DNA of 64,000 nucleotides from Candidatus Woesearchaeota archaeon (lineage in GTDB: Archaea > Nanobdellota > Nanobdellia > Woesearchaeales > UBA9642). Positions 55,417-64,000 of this stretch are shown one piece after another. The stretch is from NCBI GenBank assembly GCA_026002815.1, contig BPGB01000001.1:54490-118489 (forward strand), written 5' to 3'. The translations under genes and the position numbers were made by a program. Under the pieces are notes generated by a model. It saw nothing but the letters and a program-made list of their open reading frames with translations, made no database searches and was not told the DNA's origin. Each line of letters starts with the position of its first letter. Position 1 is the stretch's first letter.

Positions 55417-55593
55417 ATGGCTCAAGACAAGATAAGCATGCCCAGCAGTATGGCCGGACTTACAAGATATTTTGATGATTATAAAAGTAAAATAGAGCTT
55501 AAACCAGAGCATGTTATATTTCTTATTATACTGGTTATATTAATAGAAATCCTATTAAACTGGCAAGGAAATGCATGGTTTGGTATCCAGTAA
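55417..55593 (+). CDS. Preprotein translocase subunit Sec61-beta (58 aa, absent from the ORF track)
   Basis: Own translation: MAQDKISMPSSMAGLTRYFDDYKSKIELKPEHVIFLIILVILIEILLNWQGNAWFGIQ. It has the AGL.RYFD motif and a C-terminal TM helix. Confidence 0.8.
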   Translation: MAQDKISMPSSMAGLTRYFDDYKSKIELKPEHVIFLIILVILIEILLNWQGNAWFGIQ

Positions 55594-55839
55594 GATTCTT
55601 ATAATATTTTTATGTCAAATAATTTATTTTTAATAAAATAATTATTTTCAATAATAAATAAATATTATAGAAATCATACATATTAATGGAATAATAATCG
55701 AATAATACTTTGATAAAATTAATAACTTACGATACTATTAATAGGTTATTAATGCTTTATAAATATTAATAACATATACTACTTAAAATATTATAGAAGA
55801 TAAAAAAATTAAAAAATAATTCAAAATAGGTGAACACTT

Positions 55840-56193
55840 ATGATGCCCAATATTAATCATAGACAAATGCAGCAAATGATGCGAAGGATGGGAATACAGC
55901 AAGAGGACATCGATGCAGAGGAAGTTATAATAAAATGTTCTGATAAAAAGATAGTTATAAGAAACCCTTCAGTTCAAAAGGTCAATATGATGGGTCAAAA
56001 AAGTTATCAGATTTCAGGAGAAGAGTATATAGAGAGCACAGATATAAAGCCAGAATTATCAGAAGATGACATAAAGACAGTCATGGAACAAACAAACTGT
56101 ACTAAGGAAGAAGCAATACAAGCACTAGAGGATACTGAAGGAAATCTCGCTGAGGCAATACTATTGTTAACTGCTGAGAAAGAAGAAAATTAA
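55840..56193 (+). CDS. nac: Nascent polypeptide-associated complex protein (NAC plus UBA)
   Basis: QMQQMMRRMGI, a NAC beta-barrel segment and a C-terminal UBA (EEAIQALEDTEGNLAEAILLL). Confidence 0.9.
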   Translation: MMPNINHRQMQQMMRRMGIQQEDIDAEEVIIKCSDKKIVIRNPSVQKVNMMGQKSYQISGEEYIESTDIKPELSEDDIKTVMEQTNCTKEEAIQALEDTEGNLAEAILLLTAEKEEN

Positions 56194-56314
56194 AAAATAC
56201 TTTTTAGAATCTTTTGATAATTTGCTATTTTTTATTATTAGTGTATTCCTAGCAAAATTTATATATATGATTTATTCAATATTATGCTATACTTATGCTA
56301 TATCCCGCTTAAAA

Positions 56315-56776
56315 ATGTTTCATAATTCAATAAAATCTCAAGCAGAGAATAAATTAAGAATAGCAGATCATCTTCTAAGCACAACATATCCGGTCATTAA
56401 GGATCCAAAGTTGCTTCTTTCAGCTTTATCAGCATTATATCAAGCTCTTGATCTGGCAATAGATGCAGTACTTGTTTTTGAAAAGAATTTTAAATCAATA
56501 CAGTATACTCCAGAGAACAAGATCGATATTTTTAGGAGAAAAATAATACCAAAATATTCCCTTGACAATGAATTAATATTTTTTTACAATGCCTTGAAAG
56601 AAATACTAGAAAGTCATAAGAATTCAGATGTTGAATTTACTAAAAAAGAAACTTTTGTAATATCAGATAAGGAATATAATCTCAAAACATTAACATACGA
56701 AGACGTTAAAAATAAATATTCTTTAACAAAAAGATATATTGAAAAAATATTTGAAGTGATAAAAAAATATGATTAA
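56315..56776 (+). CDS. Hypothetical helical protein (153 aa from ATG 56315)
   Basis: The track ORF starts at a TTG at 56222 inside AT-rich promoter-like sequence. ATG 56315 is preferred. Confidence 0.45.
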   Translation: MFHNSIKSQAENKLRIADHLLSTTYPVIKDPKLLLSALSALYQALDLAIDAVLVFEKNFKSIQYTPENKIDIFRRKIIPKYSLDNELIFFYNALKEILESHKNSDVEFTKKETFVISDKEYNLKTLTYEDVKNKYSLTKRYIEKIFEVIKKYD

Positions 56777-56870
56777 GTCTTATTAATGATAACATATTCG
56801 TATTATTAAAATATAATTATATTTAAACGATTATATCATGCGTATAAATCAATGGGACTAGGGTGATAAT

Positions 56871-57665
56871 ATGGATGAAGCAATAGAGAATGCTGTTGAA
56901 GAATTAAAAAGAATAGACCATTCAATATTTGTTAGTTTAAAATATACACGTACTGTTGACATATTAGAAAATATTCTTATAAGAATGGTGGATTGTTATG
57001 AGTATTTATTTGTAGCTCTTCTTAAATATGCTAAAGAACATAAAATGATATCGGAAATTCCTTCTACCCCAAAAGAAAAAGTTACACTAATAAAAGAGGT
57101 TTTTAAAGAACAAGAGATTCATGATAACATTGATTTATATTTATTATTAAAGGCAATGCTTAAGGCTAACTTCACCAGAGAAAACGAGTATAGAAGACAT
57201 GTTGCAATGCGTGCAATAATTGCAGGAAGGGAAGAGATAATTAATATAAATATAATAAGTAGATATTATGAATTATTAATAAGTTTCTTTCACTTAGTTG
57301 ATAATTTAAGAAGAGGAACGTATGTTATTGGAACAGGTCCATTAGTTGAAGAACACCATGAATCTGATGAGGAAAATCCTAATAATCCGTACTGGGCCGA
57401 AATAAGAAAGATGAAGGAAGAGGCAGAGGCGGAAATTGCTAGAGACAAAGAAATGAGGGAACGTATAAGATTAGAAAAACAGCAAAAAGAACTTCAAAGA
57501 CAAGCAGATTTAAAAAGGACCATTGAAAAAAATCAGGAAAAAAAGTTAAAGAGAATAACTAAGAGAAAACCAAAGATAAAACCTAAAAGGGTAATAACAA
57601 AAGAAAAAGAAAAATATTTATTGCTTAAAAAGAAGTCAAAGTCTAAGAAAAAGATTAAAAAATGA
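56871..57665 (+). CDS. Hypothetical helical protein with a Lys/Glu-rich C-terminal tail, weakly similar to the upstream gene
   Basis: ORF, SD-like GGGTGA upstream, and a K-rich tail (KKKSKSKKKIKK). Confidence 0.5.
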   Translation: MDEAIENAVEELKRIDHSIFVSLKYTRTVDILENILIRMVDCYEYLFVALLKYAKEHKMISEIPSTPKEKVTLIKEVFKEQEIHDNIDLYLLLKAMLKANFTRENEYRRHVAMRAIIAGREEIININIISRYYELLISFFHLVDNLRRGTYVIGTGPLVEEHHESDEENPNNPYWAEIRKMKEEAEAEIARDKEMRERIRLEKQQKELQRQADLKRTIEKNQEKKLKRITKRKPKIKPKRVITKEKEKYLLLKKKSKSKKKIKK

Positions 57666-57719
57666 TTAATCAAGGTTAATATATGCTCTTAATATGGTAT
57701 ATGATAATGGTGTTATTAT

Positions 57720-57760
57720 ATCTGATGTCTTAATAATATTATCTGATATCTTAATAATAT
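57720..57760. repeat. Two 20-nt direct repeats (ATCTGATGTCTTAATAATAT and ATCTGATATCTTAATAATAT) spaced 21 nt apart
   Basis: Read directly from the sequence. Confidence 0.7.
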
Positions 57761-57888
57761 GGATATATTTTATTTAAAATTTTATTTATTATTAATAAAG
57801 AAAAAATTTATTAACACTGTTATTAATATTTAATTAGTATGCTTTATTAAGAATTTCATTAAAAAGTTATTGTTTAATTTGTTTTAAA

Positions 57889-58554
57889 ATGGCAAAGTTA
57901 ATAAGTATAATAAGCTTAAAATCTAATACTGGGAATACAACGGTTGCATTAAATCTTGGTTTAGCACTTCATAAATTAGGTAATAAAGTTGTTGTTATTG
58001 ATGCTGATTTTTCTAGAAGCAACATTATTGATCATTTAAATATTTTAAATCCAATGCATACATTAAATTCTGTTGTAAATAACGAATCGTATATTTTCGA
58101 TTCCATAATAGCACATGATTCTGGTCTTAAAGTAGTACCTAGCATAATCAGTAATAGTGTTGACAATCAAAAGGTAGGCTTTTATCTGAATCTTTTATCC
58201 CCACATAATGACTTTGTAATTATAGACATGCCAAAAGAACATGAGTTAATAGATATTCTTTTAAAATATGTTGATGAAGCTTTTATAGTCCACTCTCCAG
58301 AGTATAGTTCTAAAATGATTGTTGACGCGAGCAACTTATTATCAAAGAACAAAGTTATCAATTTAGGGGTAATTCTTAATAAATCTCCTGAGGAGAGTGT
58401 AGATTCTTTTTTTTCTAATCCAGTAATAGAGAAAATCCCTCAACACAGGAAGATAATAAAGTCTTTTCAGAAAAAACAACCATTAACTTATTTATACCCA
58501 AAAAGCGACATATCTAAAAAATTTTTTCGAATAGCTAATAGAATTACTCATTGA
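57889..58554 (+). CDS. MinD/ParA-like P-loop protein with a degenerate Walker A
   Basis: ISIISLKSNTGNTTVALNLGLAL..VVVIDAD aligns with the KGGVGKTT..IDAD pattern. The P-loop Lys is Asn. Confidence 0.7.
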   Translation: MAKLISIISLKSNTGNTTVALNLGLALHKLGNKVVVIDADFSRSNIIDHLNILNPMHTLNSVVNNESYIFDSIIAHDSGLKVVPSIISNSVDNQKVGFYLNLLSPHNDFVIIDMPKEHELIDILLKYVDEAFIVHSPEYSSKMIVDASNLLSKNKVINLGVILNKSPEESVDSFFSNPVIEKIPQHRKIIKSFQKKQPLTYLYPKSDISKKFFRIANRITH

Positions 58555-58703
58555 TACATGAGTAATACATGTCTTAATTAATAATTAAATTAATACTAAT
58601 AATTATACTAATTAATAACTACGCAATTTCATTAATCAATTTCATTAATAATTATTATAAATAATTTTTATTAATATTGTTTGCTTATTTTACAAATTAA
58701 GGG

Positions 58704-59798
58704 GTGTTTAAGATAGAGTTATTCGCATTAATTAGCGTAAATAAAGGTTTTGAAATTTTATTTGATGGAAAAATAAATCCTTTACCTCTCGAGTTTATAG
58801 AAGAAGATTCAAGAACAAATGTTTTGGTTAAATTCAATTCTTTTAAAGAATTATTTTATTATACGTATATGAATCAATTGGCAAATGATGTTAGCATATT
58901 ATTAGATAGAAAGAAAGACATTGATTCTTTGGTTTTGCCTTCTTTTTTTTATGAAGTAATGCCTGCGGATAGTACTTTTAAAATTCTTTCTAAAGTAGGA
59001 TATGATATTGCGAGATTATTCAAGGATTACAAAGTAGATTTGAAAAATCCTGATTTTAATATATATTTAAAGAATCTTAAAGATGAATTTTTTTTAACTT
59101 TAGACATTTCTGGAGATTTGAGCGTCAGAGATTATAAGATTTTTAATACTCCTCTATCTTTAAAGGGTACAACTGCCTTTGGAGTATTGATGCTTTCTGG
59201 TTATTCCAAGGGAAAATCATTATTAAATCCATTATGTAATTCTGGCGTGTTAGAAATAGAAGCAGCATTATATAATTCAGGGATTTCACCAAAACACTAT
59301 AATATAGAAATACCTTTTAAAAGACTTAATGTTGATTTTGATATAGAAAAATTTTTTAGCGATATTAATCATAGTATCGATTCTACTAAAGTTGATCCTA
59401 CTAAAATTAAAATAGTTTCTGCTGATCCTTTATTAAAAAATATTACCGCAGCAAAAAAGAATGCAAAGATAGCGGGTGTTGAAAAATATATTGATTTTAG
59501 AAGAATAGATATAGATTGGATGGATATAAAACATGATGAGAATGCATTTGATTTTATAATAACATTCATACCAGGAAGCAGTAAAAATAAAAATATTAAT
59601 ACATTAATGAAAGAGTTTGATACTTTTTTTTATAATTCAGAGTATATATTAAAAAAAACAGGAGTACTGTCAATATTATGTATTTCAAGAGATTTGTTAC
59701 TTACTTCCGCTTCAAAATATTTTGAGTTGAGAGAGATAAAGAATTTTTATTCAGGAACGCAGTTAATGAATTTATTATTATTAAATAAGAGAAAATAG
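58704..59798 (+). CDS. THUMP-domain methyltransferase-like protein (Trm14/RlmL-like) with degenerate catalytic motifs
   Basis: SVRDYKIF.. and LNPLCNSGVLEIEAAL correspond to motif I DPMCGSGT..IEAA. IITFIPGSS sits where NPPY is expected. GTG start. Confidence 0.55.
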   Translation: MFKIELFALISVNKGFEILFDGKINPLPLEFIEEDSRTNVLVKFNSFKELFYYTYMNQLANDVSILLDRKKDIDSLVLPSFFYEVMPADSTFKILSKVGYDIARLFKDYKVDLKNPDFNIYLKNLKDEFFLTLDISGDLSVRDYKIFNTPLSLKGTTAFGVLMLSGYSKGKSLLNPLCNSGVLEIEAALYNSGISPKHYNIEIPFKRLNVDFDIEKFFSDINHSIDSTKVDPTKIKIVSADPLLKNITAAKKNAKIAGVEKYIDFRRIDIDWMDIKHDENAFDFIITFIPGSSKNKNINTLMKEFDTFFYNSEYILKKTGVLSILCISRDLLLTSASKYFELREIKNFYSGTQLMNLLLLNKRK

Positions 59799-59807
59799 AG
59801 AAAATAA

Positions 59808-59897
59808 ATATTAATATAAAAATAATATAAATTTATACTTAATATTAATATAAATTAAATATTAATATAAATTAAATTAAATATTAATATAAATTAA
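59808..59897. repeat. AT-only tandem-like repeats. ATATTAATATAAATTAA occurs 3 times (59842, 59859, 59881), with a partial copy at 59808.
   Basis: Read directly from the sequence. Confidence 0.7.
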
Positions 59898-60015
59898 TAA
59901 CATAAATTAATATGATCTTATAAAGATACGCATATAAGTTAAGTATAAAATAATCTCTATTAATTATAACATAATATCTGTTAATATAAAATTAATATAA
60001 ACTTGTGAGGAAAAA

Positions 60016-60486
60016 ATGAATTGCGAATTATGTGGCCAAAAACCTGCGGTTTATGATTGTGAGATAGAAGGAACATTAATGAAAGTATGTAATGAATGCT
60101 CAAAATTCGGGGTTACAAAAAAGAAAGAAAAGGTCAAAATACTAGTTAAAGAAGAAAATATTGAAGAAAAGGAATCAACATATTTGTTTGTCGAAGGATA
60201 TGGTTCGATAGTTAAGAAAGCAAGGGAAAAGCTTGGATTAAAACAAGAAGAAATGGCAAAGAGGTTAAATGAAAGAGTGAGTCTTCTGCATCAAATAGAG
60301 TCTGAACATCTAAAACCGAGTATAGATCTTGCTAAGAAGCTAGAAAAGGAACTTAAAATAAAAATAATAGAAGAAGTAAAAGAAGACAATATGTCTTATG
60401 AAATTCCTGTTAAGAGAAAAAACGTAAGTACTTCCTCCAGTTCAGGTTTGACTTTGGGTGATTTTATTAATTATAAAAAAAAGTAA
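60016..60486 (+). CDS. mbf1: Multiprotein bridging factor 1 (zinc ribbon plus XRE HTH)
   Basis: CELCG...CNEC zinc ribbon, and HTH IVKKAREKLGLKQEEMAKRLNERVSLLHQIE. Confidence 0.88.
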   Translation: MNCELCGQKPAVYDCEIEGTLMKVCNECSKFGVTKKKEKVKILVKEENIEEKESTYLFVEGYGSIVKKAREKLGLKQEEMAKRLNERVSLLHQIESEHLKPSIDLAKKLEKELKIKIIEEVKEDNMSYEIPVKRKNVSTSSSSGLTLGDFINYKKK

Positions 60487-60714
60487 TTTTGTATTTTTTA
60501 TTTTTTTGATTTTTAATATCTTCTTTAATATCTCTCTTTATTATTATATATTTTTCATCATATCTATTATATTATATTTATTATAATAAAATTATTATAT
60601 TATATATCTTTTAGTATAATAAATGCTGTTTGGCTAACAAATTTATTTATCGTTCTTTGGCATCTTTAAATTTTTTTGAGTAATATTTAAAAATAATCAT
60701 TACATACGTATATT

Positions 60715-61971
60715 ATGTTTGGAACTATAGAGATAATACAGAATATAATATACTTCATTTCTTTATATTATGTGGTATTTTGGCTATTAGTTCTTATTGA
60801 TTCAGAAGATATTCCTAGAAGAAAAATAAAAGAATGGCCTTCAATAACAATAATAATACCAGCATATAATGAAGAGGAAAACATAATTAAAACAATAAAA
60901 TCTGTAGAATCTTTAGATTATCCAAAAGATAAAATAAGTTTAATAGTTGTGGATGATGGTTCTTCTGATAATACTTTTTCTCTGAGTAAAGAATATTGCT
61001 CTAAAATAAAAGGATTCAAAGATATTGTTGTCATGACTCAGAAGAATAAAGGAAAATATGCTGCAATGAATAATGCATTAAAAATTGTAAATACAGAATA
61101 TTTTGCAACTCTTGATGCTGATAGTTTCCCAAAAAGTAATTCTCTGAAGAAGATAATTTCTTTGTTTAATTCAGAAGATATTGCTGCGGTTAGTCCCGTA
61201 CTTAAAGTTTATAGGCCTAGAAATTATGTACAATTTGTACAATGGTTTGAGTATTCAGTTAATCATTTTTATAAGAGCGTGATAACTAGGCTTAATGCAA
61301 TACATGTTACTCCCGGACCGCTTTCTGTTTACAGGTCAGATGTTATTAAGAAAATAGGTGGTTTTAGAGAAGCATATAAAACTGAAGACATGGAAATAGC
61401 CATGCGCATACAAAAAAATAATTATAGAATAGTTCAGTGCGATGATGCATTTGTTTACACGAAGGCACCTTATACTATTAAGAGTCTTTATACTCAACGT
61501 TTAAGATGGAATTATGGCACCTTCAAAAATCTTTTGGATTATAGAAAAATGATTTTAAACAAAAAATATGGCGATTTTGGATTATTTCAGTTGCCAATAA
61601 TACTAATATCCGGAATACTCGGAATAACCATTATATTCCTAATAGTATATGATTTTATCAAAAGAATGAAGCCTACTTTTAGGATGTTAGAATTATATAA
61701 TTTCAATATAATAGAATACCTGGCTAATACAAAAATAAACATAATATGGCTTGATATAGATGTGAGATCTGTAGTTACTTTCTTGGTATTTCTAGTATTA
61801 ACACTCATTGTAATAAGATTTTCAATGCAAATATATAGAGAAAAATATCCTTTTAAGAGATCTTTTTCATTTATACTTTATTTAATGTATTATTATATAT
61901 TTCTCGCAATAGTTTGGCTTGGAGTTTTTAAGGAATACCTGTTGGGGAGAGATAATAAATGGAAAAAATAA
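60715..61971 (+). CDS. Family 2 glycosyltransferase, processive type with C-terminal TM helices
   Basis: ITIIIPAYNEE, VVDDGSSD, TLDADS, TEDMEIA and QRLRWNYG (Q(R/Q)xRW). Confidence 0.85.
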   Translation: MFGTIEIIQNIIYFISLYYVVFWLLVLIDSEDIPRRKIKEWPSITIIIPAYNEEENIIKTIKSVESLDYPKDKISLIVVDDGSSDNTFSLSKEYCSKIKGFKDIVVMTQKNKGKYAAMNNALKIVNTEYFATLDADSFPKSNSLKKIISLFNSEDIAAVSPVLKVYRPRNYVQFVQWFEYSVNHFYKSVITRLNAIHVTPGPLSVYRSDVIKKIGGFREAYKTEDMEIAMRIQKNNYRIVQCDDAFVYTKAPYTIKSLYTQRLRWNYGTFKNLLDYRKMILNKKYGDFGLFQLPIILISGILGITIIFLIVYDFIKRMKPTFRMLELYNFNIIEYLANTKINIIWLDIDVRSVVTFLVFLVLTLIVIRFSMQIYREKYPFKRSFSFILYLMYYYIFLAIVWLGVFKEYLLGRDNKWKK

Positions 61972-62067
61972 TAAATAGCAAAGAATAGCAATAATAGTTC
62001 CAATAGACAAATAATACTTTATTTTATAAATAACAGATAATTTATTTTATAAATAAAAGGTGGTTAA

Positions 62068-62766
62068 ATGAGAGATTATAAGAGAAGAAGATACTTATTT
62101 GCGTTTATAATATCTGCATCTATATTCGCATTAGGTTTTTTCTTTGGATTCTTAATGGATTTACAAAGAATAGATTATTTTACCTCTTTAAATGAAATTC
62201 AGAAAATCAATCTAAGAAGCATTCAATTACAGTATGAATTATTGCAAAACATAGATACTGGGAACCAATGTAAAGCATTTAGGTTTGTATTTGACAGTGC
62301 AATTCAAGAGTTAGAAAAAAACAGAGAACGATTAGAGAGCTACGAAAGGCAAAGCACTGTTAGAAAGGAAGATTTTAATATGCTAAAGAGAGAATACACA
62401 TTATCCCAAATAAATTTTTGGCAAATAAGCAAGAATTTCAAGAAAACATGCCCAGATGATTCTGATTTTGTGACCGTATTATACTTTTTCTCTGACACAA
62501 AAAATTGTCCAGATTGTGAAAAACAAGCCGCAGTGTTAAATTATTATAAAGATAAATTGAATGAAAATCTTTTAATATTTGCTATCGATGAAACATTCGA
62601 AGACAAGGAGTCTTTAATAAAGCTTCTTAAGCAAGCATATGAGATTAACAGTTATCCCTCAATAATTATTGGAGAGAAAAAATATGGCTTATTAACTAGT
62701 CAAGATATGAGGGAAATATTATGTAATATTTATTCTGATGAGAGCACTAAATCAAAGGTCTGTTAA
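62068..62766 (+). CDS. Membrane-anchored thioredoxin-fold protein (CxxC)
   Basis: N-terminal TM segment is YLFAFIISASIFALGFFFGFL. Redox motif is NCPDCEKQ. Confidence 0.6.
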   Translation: MRDYKRRRYLFAFIISASIFALGFFFGFLMDLQRIDYFTSLNEIQKINLRSIQLQYELLQNIDTGNQCKAFRFVFDSAIQELEKNRERLESYERQSTVRKEDFNMLKREYTLSQINFWQISKNFKKTCPDDSDFVTVLYFFSDTKNCPDCEKQAAVLNYYKDKLNENLLIFAIDETFEDKESLIKLLKQAYEINSYPSIIIGEKKYGLLTSQDMREILCNIYSDESTKSKVC

Positions 62767-62900
62767 TTATTAAATATTGAATTATCAACTCTTAACATTT
62801 GTTTATAAAAAATAAGCCAAATAATGAAAAGAAAATGTTTTGAGAAAATACTTAAATAATTTTAATCAAAAACATACTTAAATTCTAAAATTTTGTTAAA

Positions 62901-63980
62901 CTATATTGTGTCTAAATACATCCACACTTCTATCTCTTTATCAGTATATATCTCCTTGAATTTTTTGCTATTTTCTATTAAGAACAACAAACCTTCATCT
63001 TCTTCTAGTTTTTGTTTGAATCTTTTATCTATGAAAATATATTTTATAGAGTATTCCTTTAATATTTTTTCTGTTGTTTCAAGATTTCTGATTTTTGTAA
63101 TATTCTCATATATTTTTATTCTTTCAGGTTCATATATTATCGTTTTTTCATCAATAAAAACACTTCTTCTAGCATAATATTCAATCATATAGCCATTTTC
63201 TGGAGTGCTCAGAATAACTTCTTTTTGTATGCTTTGTTTCTCCAAGAATTTTAGTGCATCAACATATTCAGGTGTTGGTTCTGATTTTGATATTTTTGTA
63301 ATATATAATATTGTTGTGAAAATTATGCTACATATTATTAGTAATAGTGTTATTTTTTTTATTATTTGTATTGACCATTTCCTCTTTGTAAGATATGTAA
63401 AAGCAAATCCTGCATATATTGCTATTATAAAATTTATATATGCTTTTATTGTGTTGTTAAATATGGATAATATTATTAATAATATTAAAGAAGTATATAT
63501 TAATGTATTTTTAAATCCTTTCTCCCATAAGAGTATGATTCCTATTATGTAGAGAATTATTATTGAGAAAGAGAATCCAGCATCTCCTCCTATTTCTGTC
63601 AATAGTCTTGTTTTTTCTACAGGTATTTTAGGCGCATATCCTGTCGATATATTTAATAGTGTTGCTATTATTATAGAAAATATTGCTACAGATAGTATTA
63701 TTAAGTTTTTTCTTTCTTTTCTTGATGTTAATAATAAGTATATAAATAAGAGGATAAAAAATATTATTGAACTATAAAAGTCGACAAAAGGAATTATTAT
63801 TAAAGGAATTATCGAAATAAATCGTTTTTTTATATTTATTAAATAAATAGTGAGTAATGAGAGCAATATGCTGAACGAAAAATATTTTAAATCTAAAAAA
63901 GTATTTATGAATATTGGACTACTTATTATTATCAAAGATATTGCTGTTATATTCTTATCACTTATGTTATGTTTCTTCAT
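62901..63980 (-). CDS. Polytopic membrane protein with a C-terminal soluble domain (GT-C/ArnT-like glycosyltransferase candidate)
   Basis: About 8 TM helices followed by about 120 soluble residues. It lies next to the GT2 gene. No motif verified. Confidence 0.45.
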   Translation of the reverse strand: MKKHNISDKNITAISLIIISSPIFINTFLDLKYFSFSILLSLLTIYLINIKKRFISIIPLIIIPFVDFYSSIIFFILLFIYLLLTSRKERKNLIILSVAIFSIIIATLLNISTGYAPKIPVEKTRLLTEIGGDAGFSFSIIILYIIGIILLWEKGFKNTLIYTSLILLIILSIFNNTIKAYINFIIAIYAGFAFTYLTKRKWSIQIIKKITLLLIICSIIFTTILYITKISKSEPTPEYVDALKFLEKQSIQKEVILSTPENGYMIEYYARRSVFIDEKTIIYEPERIKIYENITKIRNLETTEKILKEYSIKYIFIDKRFKQKLEEDEGLLFLIENSKKFKEIYTDKEIEVWMYLDTI

Positions 63981-64000
63981 TATTAATATAGAGAGTCCTA

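Noticed and set aside
59808-59897. CRISPR array
   Set aside because: The repeats are 17 nt of pure A/T with 0-5 nt between copies. There are no unique spacers of regular length and no cas genes.

Overview
AT-rich archaeal chromosome segment, probably from a small-genome DPANN-type archaeon. This placement is an inference from the archaeal markers present: aIF5A, aRF1, ribosomal protein L40e, Sec61-beta, NAC, MBF1, an intron-containing tRNA-Arg and an RNase P RNA. Positions 1 to about 16.8 kb form an accessory or defence island that ends at a degraded tyrosine-recombinase fragment. The island holds two architecturally parallel cassettes. Each has a wHTH-nucleotidyltransferase (MNT), a HEPN protein, a large SF2 translocase-nuclease, and a roughly 320-nt GC-enriched, highly self-complementary non-coding element. 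The first translocase is a frameshifted HsdR and the second is a PLD-SNF2 fusion. Between the cassettes lies a tightly coupled five-gene operon: a small RHH protein, a 1252-aa Eco57I/PglX-like N6-adenine methyltransferase, a multi-TM protein, an XRE-ImmA/IrrE metallopeptidase and a DUF4411-like PIN protein. No PglZ/BrxC, DrmA/DrmB or HsdM/HsdS genes are visible, so the island fits no canonical BREX, DISARM or type I R-M layout. The two GC-rich elements share collinear conserved blocks and compensatory stem changes, and I rate them the most novel signal in the window. The rest (16.8-64 kb) is mostly housekeeping. It includes PepA, SOD and Bcp, an ArsR-linked sufBDSUC cluster, HisRS, AsnRS, a bacterial-type TGT, an S2P protease, glycosylation genes and many lineage-specific hypothetical proteins. 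Smaller oddities are two tandem SpoT-type HD paralogues, a MinD-like protein without the P-loop lysine, a THUMP methyltransferase-like protein without an NPPY motif, and a second homopolymer frameshift in a SprT/DUF45-like gene. All calls rest on reading the sequence and the ORF translations by eye. No database search or folding program was run.
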